A stretch of DNA of 24,203 nt from Vulcanimicrobiota bacterium (GCA_003133025.1 PKZK01000134.1:1-24203), one strand, 5' to 3'. Positions 1-10,463 are shown, numbered from the stretch's first letter. Made by a program: numbers and translations. The notes: generated from the sequence alone by a model not told the origin.

Positions 1-420
1 ATCTTCTCGCCGATCCGCAAGGTAAACTTCACGGTCGACGACACGCGCGTCGGCCAGTCGGTCGATTTCGATCGCCTGACGTTCGAGATCGAGACCAACG
101 GCTCGATCACGCCCGACGACGCGCTCTCGACCGCCGCGCAGATCCTTCAGGATCAGCTCGACCTGTTCGTCAACTTCACCCAGGAAGACGTGCCGATCGC
201 GGCCGCCCCGGCCAGCGAGTGGGACATCCCGGTCGAGACGCTCAACCTTTCGGTGCGCTCCTTCAACTGCTTGAAGCGGGCCGGCATCTCGAAGGTCTCG
301 GAATTGCTCGACATGACCGAAGACGAGATCATCAAGATGCGCAACTTCGGCAAGAAGTCGCTCGACGAAATCAAACAAGTACTGGAAGAAAGGGGTTTGT
401 CGCTGCGCCAACCCGGCTAG
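1..420 (+). CDS. rpoA: RNA polymerase alpha subunit, 3' part (5'-truncated by the window edge)
   Basis: Frame 1 is open from base 1 ([38 protein letters not shown]...). It continues into the alpha-CTD motif [16 protein letters not shown]...[11 protein letters not shown] and lies directly upstream of rplQ. Confidence 0.98.
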   Translation: MFSPIRKVNFTVDDTRVGQSVDFDRLTFEIETNGSITPDDALSTAAQILQDQLDLFVNFTQEDVPIAAAPASEWDIPVETLNLSVRSFNCLKRAGISKVSELLDMTEDEIIKMRNFGKKSLDEIKQVLEERGLSLRQPG

Positions 421-432
421 CGACTCGCTACG

Positions 433-786
433 ATGCCGCACCAAATCGCGAAGAAACGCCTGTCACGGACGGACGGCCACCGCAAAGCCTTGCTGCGCAA
501 CCTGGCCACCTCGTTCTTCAAGCACGAAAAGATCGAAACGACTTCGACCAAGGCCAAGGAAGTCTCCAAGGTCGTCGAGCGTCTGATCACGACCGCCCGC
601 CGCGGCGACCTGCACTCGCGTCGCTTGGTGGCCGCCTACCTCACGGAGCCGGCCGTCACCAAGAAGCTCGTCGATCAGATTGCGCCCGCGCTCAAGGATC
701 GCGCCGGCGGCTACACGCGCATCATCAAGACGCGCGTGCGTCCCGGCGACGCCGCCGAACTCTCGCTTTTGGAGTTAGTGCGCTAG
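433..786 (+). CDS. rplQ: 50S ribosomal protein L17
   Basis: 117 aa with the L17 motifs [28 protein letters not shown] and [10 protein letters not shown]; canonical position after rpoA. Confidence 0.98.
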   Translation: MPHQIAKKRLSRTDGHRKALLRNLATSFFKHEKIETTSTKAKEVSKVVERLITTARRGDLHSRRLVAAYLTEPAVTKKLVDQIAPALKDRAGGYTRIIKTRVRPGDAAELSLLELVR

Positions 787-796
787 CATAACGACC

Positions 797-820
797 GGCT
801 TCGCGCTGCGGCGCGAAGCC
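797..820 (+). terminator. GC-rich hairpin between rplQ and trpE (terminator, processing or stability element; no U-tract)
   Basis: Perfect 10-bp stem GGCTTCGCGC (797-806) / GCGCGAAGCC (811-820) with a TGCG loop. No poly-T follows, so the function is uncertain. Confidence 0.5.
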
Positions 821-833
821 CTCGGGCGCCGAT

Positions 834-2222
834 ATGGTCAACGTCAACGTGACCGATTCCGGAAACGAGCCGCAACGGCTCGTGCCGGTGGTGCGCGAGT
901 TCGTGGCCGATGCTCTCACGCCGATCTCCGCATACCTCGCCCTGGCTTCGCCGGGGCGTTCGTGTTTGCTCGAGAGCGTCGAGGGCACCGACCGCATCGC
1001 ACGCTACTCGTTTCTGGGCCTGGACTACCTCGAGACGGCCGTCATCGACGACGATCCGGCCATGCTCGATAAGATCCGCGCGATCCTCAACCGCTATCGC
1101 ATCGAACCGGGCGCGGGCCTGCCCTTCCCCGGCGGCGCGGTCTGCGCGTTTACGTACGATGCGGCGCGGGTGCTGGAGCGGATCGGTCCCAAACCGCAAG
1201 CCGACGTCGCCTTTGCCGACGTGCTCGTCGCCGTGCCGGGCACGTGGATCGTCTTCGACCACTTCACGCACAAGATCGCGCTCATCGGCTTCGTGCGCGA
1301 TCCGGCCGAACGCGCCGGCGTCGAAGACCGCCTGGACAGCTACATCGCGCGCTTGCTGGGCGCGCGCGCGACGATTCCGGGTAACGTGCGTTCCAAGGGG
1401 CCGGTCTCGGCCTCGCTCGACGAAGCCGAGTTCCTGGAACGAGCCGCGCGGGCCAAACGAGCCATCTACGAAGGCGACGTCTACCAGTTGCAACTCGGCA
1501 TTCGTTATTCGTGCGAACTCGACGGCACGCCGTTCGACTTCTATCGTCAATTGCGCACGCGTAACCCGTCGCCGTACATGTTCTTCCTGGAAGCCGACGG
1601 GCGCTCGATCTTCGGCGCGTCGCCGGAGTTTCTCGTGCGCCTCGACGGCGACCGCGCGCGCCTGCGGCCGCTGGCGGGAACGCGGCCGCGCGGCGCCGAT
1701 CCCGCAAGCGACAATGCGATCGCCGCCGAACTGCTGGCCGACCCGAAGGAACGCGCGGAACACGTGATGTTGGTCGACCTCGGCCGCAACGACCTCGGCG
1801 CGGTGTGCACCACGGGCAGCGTGCGCGTCGACGAGTTGATGCTGATCGAACGCTACAGTCACGTGATGCACATCGTTTCCAACGTCACCGGCACGTTGCG
1901 GGCGGATAAGGACGCGCTCGACCTCTTCGCGGCCGCCTTCCCGGCCGGTACCGTGACCGGCACGCCGAAGCTGCGCGCGATGCAACTGATCGACCAGCTC
2001 GAGCCCGTGCGTCGCGGCTTCTACGCGGGCAGCATCGCGCACATCGATTTCGACGGCGACATGGATTCGTGCATCACCCTGCGCAGCGTGGCCGTCGCCG
2101 GCGGCCGTGCCTATTGGCAAGCGTCGGCCGGGATCGTGGCCGACAGCGACCCGCCTGCCGAGTATCGTGAAATATTGGCCAAGACGCGCATCGTGCGCGA
2201 CGTGCTGGGTCTGGACGCGTGA
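834..2222 (+). CDS. trpE: Anthranilate synthase component I
   Basis: Motifs LLES, NPSPYM, SPEFLV, PLAGTRPRG, KERAEHVMLVDLGRND and FPAGTVTGTPK; first gene of the trp cluster. Confidence 0.95.
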   Translation: MVNVNVTDSGNEPQRLVPVVREFVADALTPISAYLALASPGRSCLLESVEGTDRIARYSFLGLDYLETAVIDDDPAMLDKIRAILNRYRIEPGAGLPFPGGAVCAFTYDAARVLERIGPKPQADVAFADVLVAVPGTWIVFDHFTHKIALIGFVRDPAERAGVEDRLDSYIARLLGARATIPGNVRSKGPVSASLDEAEFLERAARAKRAIYEGDVYQLQLGIRYSCELDGTPFDFYRQLRTRNPSPYMFFLEADGRSIFGASPEFLVRLDGDRARLRPLAGTRPRGADPASDNAIAAELLADPKERAEHVMLVDLGRNDLGAVCTTGSVRVDELMLIERYSHVMHIVSNVTGTLRADKDALDLFAAAFPAGTVTGTPKLRAMQLIDQLEPVRRGFYAGSIAHIDFDGDMDSCITLRSVAVAGGRAYWQASAGIVADSDPPAEYREILAKTRIVRDVLGLDA

Positions 2223-2827
2223 CGGGGCGCGGCGAGGTGCGGCAGGGCGTTCGCGTGTTGCTGATCGACAATTACGACTCGTTCACGCACAATCTGGCCC
2301 ACCTCTTCGGCACGCTCGGTGCCGAGGTCAGCGTGGTTCGCAACGACGAGCCCGCGCTCGACGCGCACTCGGTCGAAGGCTACGATGCGATCTGCATCGG
2401 CCCTGGGCCGGGCCGCCCCGCCGATGCGGGAAAATCGCTGGCGGCGATCGGCTGGGCGCTCGATAGCGGCCGTCCGCTCTTGGGCGTTTGCCTCGGCCAG
2501 CAGGCCATCGGGGAGTATTTCGGCGGCGTCGTCGAGCACGCGCCGCGTTTGATGCACGGGAAAACCTCCGAGATCACGCACGACGGCACCGGGGTCTTTC
2601 GCGGCGTGCCGTCGCCGTTTTCGGCCACGCGCTATCACTCGTTGTGCGTCGCGCACACGCCCTTTCCGAGCGAGTTGCGGGCCAACGCCGCAAGCGACGA
2701 CGGCGTGATTCAAGGGCTCGCGCACCGGCACGTGCCGATCGTCGGCGTGCAGTTTCATCCGGAGTCGGTGCTCACCGAAGAGGGCGGCCGCATCTTCGCG
2801 AATTTCCTGGCGCTCGAACGCGCGTGA
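2219..2827 (+). CDS. trpG: Anthranilate synthase component II (class I glutamine amidotransferase)
   Basis: IDNYDSFT, GPGPG, GVCLG (catalytic Cys), MHGK, RYHSL and QFHPES motifs; GTGA overlap with trpE. The exact start could be a few codons downstream. Confidence 0.95.
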   Translation: MTGRGEVRQGVRVLLIDNYDSFTHNLAHLFGTLGAEVSVVRNDEPALDAHSVEGYDAICIGPGPGRPADAGKSLAAIGWALDSGRPLLGVCLGQQAIGEYFGGVVEHAPRLMHGKTSEITHDGTGVFRGVPSPFSATRYHSLCVAHTPFPSELRANAASDDGVIQGLAHRHVPIVGVQFHPESVLTEEGGRIFANFLALERA

Positions 2828-3867
2828 ACGGTCTCGAGGCGCGGGAGTTTCGGCCGGTCTTGCGCGCGTTGATCGCCGGCACCGATCTCGACGCGCAGAC
2901 GATGGCCGGCGCGGTCGGGGCGATCATGGACGCCGAATGGAGTCCGGTGCAGTCGGGCGCGTTCCTCGCGGCGCTCGCGAGCAAGGGCGAGACGGTGGAC
3001 GAGGTCGTCGGCGCGGCCGAAGCGATGCGCGCGCGCAGCCTGCACGTCGAACACGGGATCGACGAAGTCTTCGATACCTGCGGCACCGGCGGCGACGGCG
3101 CGCACACGCTCAACATTTCCACCGCCGTCGGGTTCGTGGTGGCCGGCTGCGGCGTGGCGGTGGCCAAGCACGGCAATCGCGCCGCGTCGAGCCGCTGCGG
3201 CAGCGCCGACGTGCTCGAGGCTGCGGGCATTGCGATCGACGCGTCGCCGGCGGCCGCGGCCGCGTCGCTGCAGCGCGACGGCTTCGCCTTCCTGTTCGCG
3301 CAGCGCTACCATCCGGCGATGAAGGAAGTCGGCCCGGTGCGGCGCGACCTCGGCGTTCGCACCGTCTTCAATTTGCTCGGCCCGCTGGCCAACCCCGCGC
3401 GCGCCACGCGCCAGGTGATCGGCGTCGCCGCGCCGGCCGCGGTGGAATTGATGGGTGAGGCCCTCGCCGGTTTGGGCGCGCGTTCGGGCGCGATCGTGCA
3501 CGCGGCGAGCGGGATCGATGAGGTTGCCGGCGACGCGCAGACGAGCGTGCATCACTTCGACGCACGCGGCGTGCGGCGCTATACGATCGACCCCTCCGCC
3601 TTCGACATCCGGGCATCGGCGGGGGACATCGCGGGCGGCGAACCGGCGGAGAACGCGCGGGCGCTGCGCGACGTGCTCGCCGGCGAACGCTCGCCGCGGG
3701 CCGACGTGATCGCGCTCAACGCCGCCTTGGCGCTCGTGGTCGCCGAACGCGCGGAGTCGTTGGCCGAAGGACTGCATGAAGCCCGCAAGAGCCTGCGCGA
3801 GGGCGCTGCGCTCGCGGTGTTCGAGTCGGCACGCGGCGCTGTGCCGCGGCGGGGGGAGCCGGGATGA
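2824..3867 (+). CDS. trpD: Anthranilate phosphoribosyltransferase
   Basis: DTCGTGGDG, NIST, KHGNR, GSADVLEA and RTVFNLLGPLANP motifs. Start set at GTG 2824 (GTGA overlap with the trpG stop), not at the ORF-track start 2488. Confidence 0.95.
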   Translation: MNGLEAREFRPVLRALIAGTDLDAQTMAGAVGAIMDAEWSPVQSGAFLAALASKGETVDEVVGAAEAMRARSLHVEHGIDEVFDTCGTGGDGAHTLNISTAVGFVVAGCGVAVAKHGNRAASSRCGSADVLEAAGIAIDASPAAAAASLQRDGFAFLFAQRYHPAMKEVGPVRRDLGVRTVFNLLGPLANPARATRQVIGVAAPAAVELMGEALAGLGARSGAIVHAASGIDEVAGDAQTSVHHFDARGVRRYTIDPSAFDIRASAGDIAGGEPAENARALRDVLAGERSPRADVIALNAALALVVAERAESLAEGLHEARKSLREGAALAVFESARGAVPRRGEPG

Positions 3868-4658
3868 TCGACATGTTGGCGCGGCTCTACGCCGCGAAGG
3901 CCGAAGCTTTGCGCGAAGAAGAGGAGCGCGAGCCCTACGCCGAGATGCTCGAACGCGCCGAGAGGCGTCGCGGCGAGCGGCGCGGCTTTGCGGCGGCGCT
4001 GCGCGCGGCGAGCGGCCCCGCAATCGTGGCCGAGATCAAGCGCGCTTCGCCCTCGCTCGGTTTGATCGCGCGCAACTTCGAACCCGGCGAAATCGCCGCG
4101 GCCTATGCGAGCGCCGGTGCCGACGCGATCAGCGTCTTGACCGAGGCCGATCATTTTCTCGGCGACTTGGCCTATCTCGACGTGGCCCGCGCGCACTCGC
4201 CGTTGCCGTTGCTGCGTAAGGACTTTCTCTCGACGCCGTACCAGATCGCCCAGTCGGCGGCGTACGGCGCCGATGCCGTACTCTTGATCGTGGCCGGTCT
4301 CGACGACGCCGTGCTGCGCACGCTGCTCGCCGAAGCCGGCCGGTTCGGACTCGATGCGCTCGTCGAAGTGCACGATGAGGACGAACTGGCGCGCGCGCTG
4401 GTCGCCGGCGCGGATCTGATCGGCATCAACAATCGCGATCTGCGCACGTTCGAAATCGACCTAGGCGTCACCGAGCATCTGCTGCCCTCGATACCGGCCG
4501 GCACGCTCGTGATCAGCGAGAGCGGCGTGCATTCCGCGGCCGACGTCGCGCATCTGCATGCGTGCGGGGCGCGGGCGTTCCTCGTCGGCGAGTCGCTGAT
4601 GCGCTCCGACGACAAAGCGGCATTGCTGGCCGAATTAAAGGGCGCGGCGGTGCGGTGA
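3864..4658 (+). CDS. trpC: Indole-3-glycerol phosphate synthase
   Basis: IVAEIKRASPS, ISVLTE, LRKDF, LVEVH, GINNRDL, SESG and LVGESLM motifs; ATGA overlap with trpD. Confidence 0.96.
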   Translation: MIDMLARLYAAKAEALREEEEREPYAEMLERAERRRGERRGFAAALRAASGPAIVAEIKRASPSLGLIARNFEPGEIAAAYASAGADAISVLTEADHFLGDLAYLDVARAHSPLPLLRKDFLSTPYQIAQSAAYGADAVLLIVAGLDDAVLRTLLAEAGRFGLDALVEVHDEDELARALVAGADLIGINNRDLRTFEIDLGVTEHLLPSIPAGTLVISESGVHSAADVAHLHACGARAFLVGESLMRSDDKAALLAELKGAAVR

Positions 4659-5296
4659 GTTCGCGCACGCGGATCAAGTTCTGCGGCATGACCTCGCCGG
4701 GCGAAATCGCTCTGGCGGTCGATGCCGGTGCCGATGCGGTCGGCGTGATCCTGGCCGACAGTCCGCGACGCGTGCCGCTCGACGCATTGCCGGTCTTGAG
4801 CCTGGCGGTCCCGCCGTTCGTGGCCAAGGTGGCGGTGGTCGTCGAGCCGAGCGACGAGGAACTCGCCGAAGCGCTGCGTTGGGGCTACACGCTCCAGTTC
4901 AGCGGCGCCGAGTCGCCCGAACGCTGCAGCCGCGTGGGCCGCACGAGCCCGTACGTCAAGGTGTTCCACGTCAAGAGCGATCAGCGCTACGACGCCGACG
5001 ACGTGGCCGCGCTCGAGGCCTATCGAGGCGCGCTCTGGCAATTCGAAACGCGCGTCGCGGGGGCTTCCGGCGGAACGGGCGTGCCCTTCGCGTGGCGCGT
5101 CGTGGAACCCCTGGCGCGAACGCGCGCGCTGGTCGTCTCGGGCGGCCTCACGCCGCACAACGTGGGCGAGTGCATCGGGCTCGTCCGGCCGTACGCCGTC
5201 GACGTGCGCGGCGGCGTCGAAACCGACGGTATGAAAGATCCCGAGAAGATGCGCGACTTCGTGAACGCCGTGCGAGCCGCCGATGCGCAAGCCTGA
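4655..5296 (+). CDS. trpF: Phosphoribosylanthranilate isomerase (divergent)
   Basis: [24 protein letters not shown] and VDV..GVE..G.KD motifs; lies between trpC and trpB; GTG 4655 overlaps the trpC stop (GTGA). Confidence 0.92.
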   Translation: MSSRTRIKFCGMTSPGEIALAVDAGADAVGVILADSPRRVPLDALPVLSLAVPPFVAKVAVVVEPSDEELAEALRWGYTLQFSGAESPERCSRVGRTSPYVKVFHVKSDQRYDADDVAALEAYRGALWQFETRVAGASGGTGVPFAWRVVEPLARTRALVVSGGLTPHNVGECIGLVRPYAVDVRGGVETDGMKDPEKMRDFVNAVRAADAQA

Positions 5297-6470
5297 CGTC
5301 CGGGGCTACTTCGGCGAAGGCTTCGGTGGCCGCTTCGTGCCCGAAGTTCTCTACGAGGCGCTGGCCGAACTCGAGCGCGGGATGGACGCGGCCTTCGCCG
5401 ATCCGTCGTTCTGGGCCGAGTACGACGCGATGCTTCGCGATTTCGTCGGCCGTCCCTCACCGATCTTGGAGACCACGCGACTGACCGGCACGAGCGAGGC
5501 GGCCACACTCGTGCTCAAACGCGAAGACCTCAACCACACGGGCGCACATAAGATCAATAACACGGTCGGCCAGGGCCTGCTGGCGCGGCGCATGGGCAAG
5601 AAGCGCATCATCGCCGAAACGGGCGCGGGCCAACACGGCGTGGCGACGGCCACGATCGGCGCGAAGCTGGGCATTCCCGTCGACGTGTTCATGGGCGAAC
5701 TCGACGTTGAACGTCAAGCGCTCAACGTCTACGTGATGAAGTTGCTGGGCGCGCGCGTGCACCCGGTTTCCGGCGGCACGCGGACGCTCAAGGACGCGAC
5801 CAACGAAGCCTTCCGCGAATGGGCGGCACGCGTCGAAGACACGTTTTACATCATCGGCAGCGTGGTGGGCGCGCATCCCTATCCGTACATGGTGCGCGAA
5901 TTCCAGAAGGTCATCGGCGTCGAAGCACGCGCGCAGGTGCTCGAACGCTACGGCCGCTTGCCCAGCGACGTGGTTGCCTGCGTCGGCGGCGGCAGCAACG
6001 CGATGGGAATCTTCGCGGGCTTCGTCGGCGATGCGGGCGTGCGCCTGTGGGGCGTCGAGGCCGCCGGACACGGCCTGCACAGCATCGATACCGCCGCCTC
6101 GCTCAACGCCGGCACGATCGGCGTGTTGCACGGCTCGCGCTCGTACGTGTTGCAAACGCGCGAGGGGCAGGTGCGCGACACGCACTCGATCAGCGCCGGC
6201 CTCGACTATCCGGGCGTCGGGCCCGAGCATGCGTTTCTCAAAGACAGCGGGCGCGCAACCTACGTGGCCGTCGACGACGAGGAGGCCTTGGCGATGTTCC
6301 ACGCCTGCGCCGAACGCGAGGGCATCGTGCCCGCGCTCGAATCCGCGCACGCGCTGGCGTATGCATCGCGCTTGGCGCGCGAGCGCGGACCGGACGGGCT
6401 GGTGCTCGTGAACCTCAGCGGCCGCGGCGACAAAGACGTGCGCCAAGTCGCCGCGTTCGACGAGCGTTGA
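5283..6470 (+). CDS. trpB: Tryptophan synthase beta chain
   Basis: [16 protein letters not shown] (PLP lysine), [29 protein letters not shown] and NLSGRGDKD; 14-nt overlap with trpF. Confidence 0.98.
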   Translation: MRKPDVRGYFGEGFGGRFVPEVLYEALAELERGMDAAFADPSFWAEYDAMLRDFVGRPSPILETTRLTGTSEAATLVLKREDLNHTGAHKINNTVGQGLLARRMGKKRIIAETGAGQHGVATATIGAKLGIPVDVFMGELDVERQALNVYVMKLLGARVHPVSGGTRTLKDATNEAFREWAARVEDTFYIIGSVVGAHPYPYMVREFQKVIGVEARAQVLERYGRLPSDVVACVGGGSNAMGIFAGFVGDAGVRLWGVEAAGHGLHSIDTAASLNAGTIGVLHGSRSYVLQTREGQVRDTHSISAGLDYPGVGPEHAFLKDSGRATYVAVDDEEALAMFHACAEREGIVPALESAHALAYASRLARERGPDGLVLVNLSGRGDKDVRQVAAFDER

Positions 6471-7309
6471 CCGGAATAGAGCGGCTCGACGCCGCCTTCG
6501 CGCGCGCTCGTGCCGAACGGCGCGGCGCGCTCATTCCCTATTTCTGCGCGGGCGATCCCGACCCGTCGACCTCGGCGCTGCTGCTCGAGGAGGCGGCGCG
6601 CGCCGGGTCCGACGTGATCGAGCTGGGCATCCCTTACGGCGATCCGCTGGCCGACGGTCCGACGATCGCGGCCGCGGCGCAGCGCGCGCTCGCCCAAGGT
6701 ACCGGCGTCGACGCCACGCTCGCGCTCGCGGACGGCGTGCGGCGCGGCGGCGGTCCGCCGGTCCTGCTCTTCACCTACGTCAATCCGATCTTGCAGTACG
6801 GCATCGAAGGCTTTGCCGATGCGCTCGTGGCGGCCGGTGCGGCCGGTGCGATCGTGCCCGACGTGCCCATCGAAGAGATGGGCGAATTGCGCACCGCCTT
6901 CGCTCCGCGGGGCCTGGCCCTGCCGCTCTTGATCGCGCCCAGCACGCCGCCCGCGCGGGCTCTGGCCTTGGCCGAGGCGAGCGACGGATTCGTGTACGTG
7001 GTCTCGCGGCTCGGCGTCACCGGTGCGAAGCGCGAGCCCGACTTCGCGTGGATCGAGGAACGCGTGGCCGCCATCAGGGCGCACGTCGACCGGCCGGTTG
7101 CAATCGGCTTCGGCATCGCCACCGGAGCGCACGCGCGTCGCGCCGTCGAGTTGGCCGACGCGGCCATCGTGGGCAGCGCGTTGATCGACGCCTATGCCGG
7201 TACCGCAGGTGAGGAGGCCGCGGCGCGCGTCCGCACGCTGCTCGCCGAACTCGACGCGGCGCGCCGCCCCGCCCCGCGGTCTGAAGGGCACGACCGCGTA
7301 AGCCGTTAA
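6467..7309 (+). CDS. trpA: Tryptophan synthase alpha chain
   Basis: [44 protein letters not shown] and IVGSA motifs; TTG 6467 overlaps the trpB stop (TTGA). Confidence 0.96.
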   Translation: MTGIERLDAAFARARAERRGALIPYFCAGDPDPSTSALLLEEAARAGSDVIELGIPYGDPLADGPTIAAAAQRALAQGTGVDATLALADGVRRGGGPPVLLFTYVNPILQYGIEGFADALVAAGAAGAIVPDVPIEEMGELRTAFAPRGLALPLLIAPSTPPARALALAEASDGFVYVVSRLGVTGAKREPDFAWIEERVAAIRAHVDRPVAIGFGIATGAHARRAVELADAAIVGSALIDAYAGTAGEEAAARVRTLLAELDAARRPAPRSEGHDRVSR

Positions 7310-7333
7310 GGCTACTCGAACGAAGTTTCTTCC

Positions 7334-7339
7334 AGGAGG
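7334..7339 (+). promoter_or_regulatory. Shine-Dalgarno site for the ABC substrate-binding gene
   Basis: AGGAGG 7 nt upstream of TTG 7347. Confidence 0.75.
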
Positions 7340-7346
7340 CAACGCG

Positions 7347-8576
7347 TTGCTCAGGGCTCTGCGTCTTTTGTTCGCCGTGACGGCGAGCGTGGCGATCGTC
7401 GGCGGTGCGGCGCTTTCCGCGGATGCCGCCGACCAGACGATCGTCTTCGGTTCGGCCGTTTCGTTGACGGGATCGCTGGCGAAAGAAGGCAAGCTGACCC
7501 AAGAGGGCTACGACTTCTGGAAAGACTACGTCAACGCTCGCGGCGGCATCAGGGTCGGGAAGAAGACCTATAAGGTCGACATCAAGTATTACGACGACGA
7601 GTCGAAGCCGGCCAACGCGGCGCAGCTCGCGGAACGGCTGATCGACCAAGATCACGTCAACTTCATCCTCGGGCCTTACGGTTCGGGCACGGCGTTCACC
7701 GTGGCGCAATTGGTCGAGCGCAAGAAGATTCCGATGGTCGAGGGCAACGGCGCCGCCGAGAAGATCTTCAACCAAGGCTTCCGTTATTCGTTTGCGGTGC
7801 TCTCGCCCGCGCGGCGCTATCTCGAGGGCGTCATCGACCTGGCCTTGCATCAGAAGCCGCGGCCGCAGACGCTGGCGATCTCGGCGGCGAGCGATGCGTT
7901 TTCGCTCGAGGTGCAGGCCGGCGCCGTCGACTACGCCCAGGCGCACGGTCTGAAGGTCGTCTACAACAACAAGTATCCCGAGACTGCGACCGACGTCTCG
8001 TCGGTCATCAGCGCGATCAAGGCGAGCAATCCCGACCTGATCCTCAACGCCGGACACTTGCAGGACGCGTTGCTGGTGCACAAGGGCCTCAAGGAACAGA
8101 ACGTGCAGGCCAAGCTCTACGGCTACTCCGTGGGCCCCGACACGCCCGATTTCACGACGGCGCTGGGCAAGGATGCAAACTATGTCTTCGGCGGCGCGCA
8201 GTGGTCGGAGTCGGTGAAATACCACGCCGACCGTGCGGGATTCTATCGCACGGCGCCCGAGTACGCGAAAGCCTTCGCGGCGGTCTACCACCACCGGCCC
8301 GACTACCACAACGCCGAATCGACCGCGACGTGTTTGGCCTTTCAGTACGCCATCGAGAATGCGGGCACGCTCGATCCCGAGAAGGTGCGCGACGCGCTGT
8401 CCAAGCTCGACGTCACCACGTTTTACGGGTTGCTCAAGTTCGATTCGCGCGGGCTCAACGTGTACAAGCCGATGGTCACCAACCAGATTCAAAACGGCAA
8501 GCTCGTGACGGTGTGGCCGGCCGGCCTGGCGGCCGCCAAGCCGCAGTACCCCACGCCGCCGTGGGCGCAGCGCTAG
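7347..8576 (+). CDS. ABC transporter substrate-binding protein, LIV/HAAT (type I periplasmic-binding) family
   Basis: Sec-type signal peptide ending ...ALSADA; motifs SLTGSLA, VNARGGI, YYDDES and ILGPYGS; followed by livH/M/G/F-like genes. Confidence 0.9.
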   Translation: MLRALRLLFAVTASVAIVGGAALSADAADQTIVFGSAVSLTGSLAKEGKLTQEGYDFWKDYVNARGGIRVGKKTYKVDIKYYDDESKPANAAQLAERLIDQDHVNFILGPYGSGTAFTVAQLVERKKIPMVEGNGAAEKIFNQGFRYSFAVLSPARRYLEGVIDLALHQKPRPQTLAISAASDAFSLEVQAGAVDYAQAHGLKVVYNNKYPETATDVSSVISAIKASNPDLILNAGHLQDALLVHKGLKEQNVQAKLYGYSVGPDTPDFTTALGKDANYVFGGAQWSESVKYHADRAGFYRTAPEYAKAFAAVYHHRPDYHNAESTATCLAFQYAIENAGTLDPEKVRDALSKLDVTTFYGLLKFDSRGLNVYKPMVTNQIQNGKLVTVWPAGLAAAKPQYPTPPWAQR

Positions 8577-8583
8577 CGCCTAC

Positions 8584-9477
8584 GTGCAGCTCTTCTTCCA
8601 GGATCTCGTCAACGGCGTTCTGGCGGGCGGGATACTGGCGGTTGCGGCCCTGGGCTTCAGCCTGGTCTGGGGCATCCTCAACATCATCAACCTGGCCCAC
8701 GGCACGTTCATCATGCTGGGTGCCTACATCACCTGGCAACTCTTCACGAGCTTCCACCTGGATCCGTTTCTCTCGGTTCCGATCGCGTTCGCGATCATGT
8801 ACGGCTTCGGGTACGTGCTGCAACGCGGGCTGATCAATCAGGTGGTGCGCGCGCCGATCTTGGCGACGTTCCTGTTGACCTTCGGGCTGTCGCTCTTGCT
8901 CGTGAACCTCGCGCTGATCGTGTGGACGGGCGATACGCGGGCGGTGTCGCCGGCCTATTCGGGCGCCAATTTCACGGTCGCCGGCGTGACCGTGCCCTGG
9001 ACGAAACTCGCCACGCTCGGGGCGGCCCTGCTCATCACCGCGCTGATGCACGTGTGGCTCGTGCGCAGCAAGCTCGGCCGCGCGATCCGCGCCATGGCCA
9101 TGGACGTTGGTGCGGCGCAACTCGCGGGCGTACGCGTGGCCCACGTCTATGCGGTGACCTTCGGTCTGGGCGCGGGCCTGGCCGGGGCCGCGGGCGCGTT
9201 GCTCAGCCTGTCCTACAGCCTGAATCCGTCGATGGGCGAGCCGTTCCTGATCAAGTCGTTCGTGGTCTGCGTGCTCGGCGGTTTGGGCAGCGTCCAAGGC
9301 GCGCTCGTGGGCGGCTTGGTGTACGGCATCGTCGAGTCGTTCGCGTCGCAGTTGGACGTGACGGTTCTGGGCCAGCATCTCAGCGGCAGCGGCCTGCAAG
9401 ACGTGATCGCGCTCGTGGTGTTGCTCGTGGTGCTCGTTGCCCGGCCGACGGGCATCATGGGCCGCGCCGCCGCATGA
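8584..9477 (+). CDS. livH: HAAT-family ABC transporter permease (LivH-like)
   Basis: NG...GFSLVWGILNIINLAHG, SKLGRAIRA and VLGGLGS motifs; strongly hydrophobic. Confidence 0.88.
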   Translation: MQLFFQDLVNGVLAGGILAVAALGFSLVWGILNIINLAHGTFIMLGAYITWQLFTSFHLDPFLSVPIAFAIMYGFGYVLQRGLINQVVRAPILATFLLTFGLSLLLVNLALIVWTGDTRAVSPAYSGANFTVAGVTVPWTKLATLGAALLITALMHVWLVRSKLGRAIRAMAMDVGAAQLAGVRVAHVYAVTFGLGAGLAGAAGALLSLSYSLNPSMGEPFLIKSFVVCVLGGLGSVQGALVGGLVYGIVESFASQLDVTVLGQHLSGSGLQDVIALVVLLVVLVARPTGIMGRAAA

Positions 9478-10463
9478 ACCGGCTGTTGCGCGGCCTCGGG
9501 CTCGGCGGAATAACCGGCAGCCCCCAGGCCTTTGCCGTGTCGCTCGGGATCATGGCGCTGTTGCTGGCGCTCCCCGCGCTGCACAACGGCTATCTCGAAC
9601 TGACCTTCCGCAACATCCTGATGTTCGCCGCGATGAGTTACGGCTGGAACCTGCTGGGCGGCTACACCGGCTACGTCTCGTTCGGAAACGTCGTGTTCTT
9701 CGGCATCGGCGCGTACTGCAGCGCCGTGCTCTCGGCGCACCACGTGGATTCGTTGCTCGCCGACGTGCCCGTCGCGCTCGTCTGCGCGGCGCTCTTCGCG
9801 ATCGTCGTCGGCGTCCCGATCCTGCGTTTGCGCGGACATTACTTCGGGATCGCGACCCTGGGCATCGCGCTCGCCGCAGCCGACCTGGCCAACAACCTCG
9901 ACGTGCTCGGCGGCAGCGGCGGCTTGGCGCTCAAGCAGGTGCCCCAAGAACAGTTTTCGCTCTACTATTACGCCATGTGGGCGGTGGCGTTGGCCTGCAT
10001 GCTCGGCACCTTCGCGATCGCGCGTTCGAAGCTCGGCTACGCGTTCGTCGCCATTCGGGAGAACGAGGACGCGGCGCAGGTGCTGGGCGTCTGGCCGACG
10101 CGCTACAAGGTGACGGCCTACGCGCTCGGTGCCATGATGACCGCCGCCGCGGGCGCGGTCTACGCGCCGGCCAACGGCTTCGTCGATCCGAGCATCGCCT
10201 TCGCCGTCGACGACAACGTCTTCCCGATCGTCATGTCGATCCTCGGCGGCATGGGCACGGCCGCGGGCCCCTTCATCGGCGCGCTGCTGCTCGCGGGTCT
10301 CAACGAGATCTTGCAGTCGCAGTTCGTGAAGATTCACTCGCTGTTCTTCGGCGCGATCATCGTGCTCGTCGTGCTCTTCCTGCCGCGCGGGATCGTGTAC
10401 CTCATCGGCTTGCGCGGCGGCATGCGCCGCTATCTCGCCGACCGCGCGGCGTTCCGGGTATGA
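9474..10463 (+). CDS. livM: HAAT-family ABC transporter permease (LivM-like)
   Basis: WNLLGGYTGYVSFG, LRLRGHYFGIATL, AIRENEDAA, ILGGMGT and LPRG motifs; ATG 9474 overlaps the livH stop (ATGA). Confidence 0.88.
   Translation: MNRLLRGLGLGGITGSPQAFAVSLGIMALLLALPALHNGYLELTFRNILMFAAMSYGWNLLGGYTGYVSFGNVVFFGIGAYCSAVLSAHHVDSLLADVPVALVCAALFAIVVGVPILRLRGHYFGIATLGIALAAADLANNLDVLGGSGGLALKQVPQEQFSLYYYAMWAVALACMLGTFAIARSKLGYAFVAIRENEDAAQVLGVWPTRYKVTAYALGAMMTAAAGAVYAPANGFVDPSIAFAVDDNVFPIVMSILGGMGTAAGPFIGALLLAGLNEILQSQFVKIHSLFFGAIIVLVVLFLPRGIVYLIGLRGGMRRYLADRAAFRV

Noticed and set aside
787..833. Possible trpL leader peptide, T-box or TRAP site
   Set aside because: Only 47 nt, with no short ORF containing TGG codons, no T-box consensus and no (G/U)AG repeat array.
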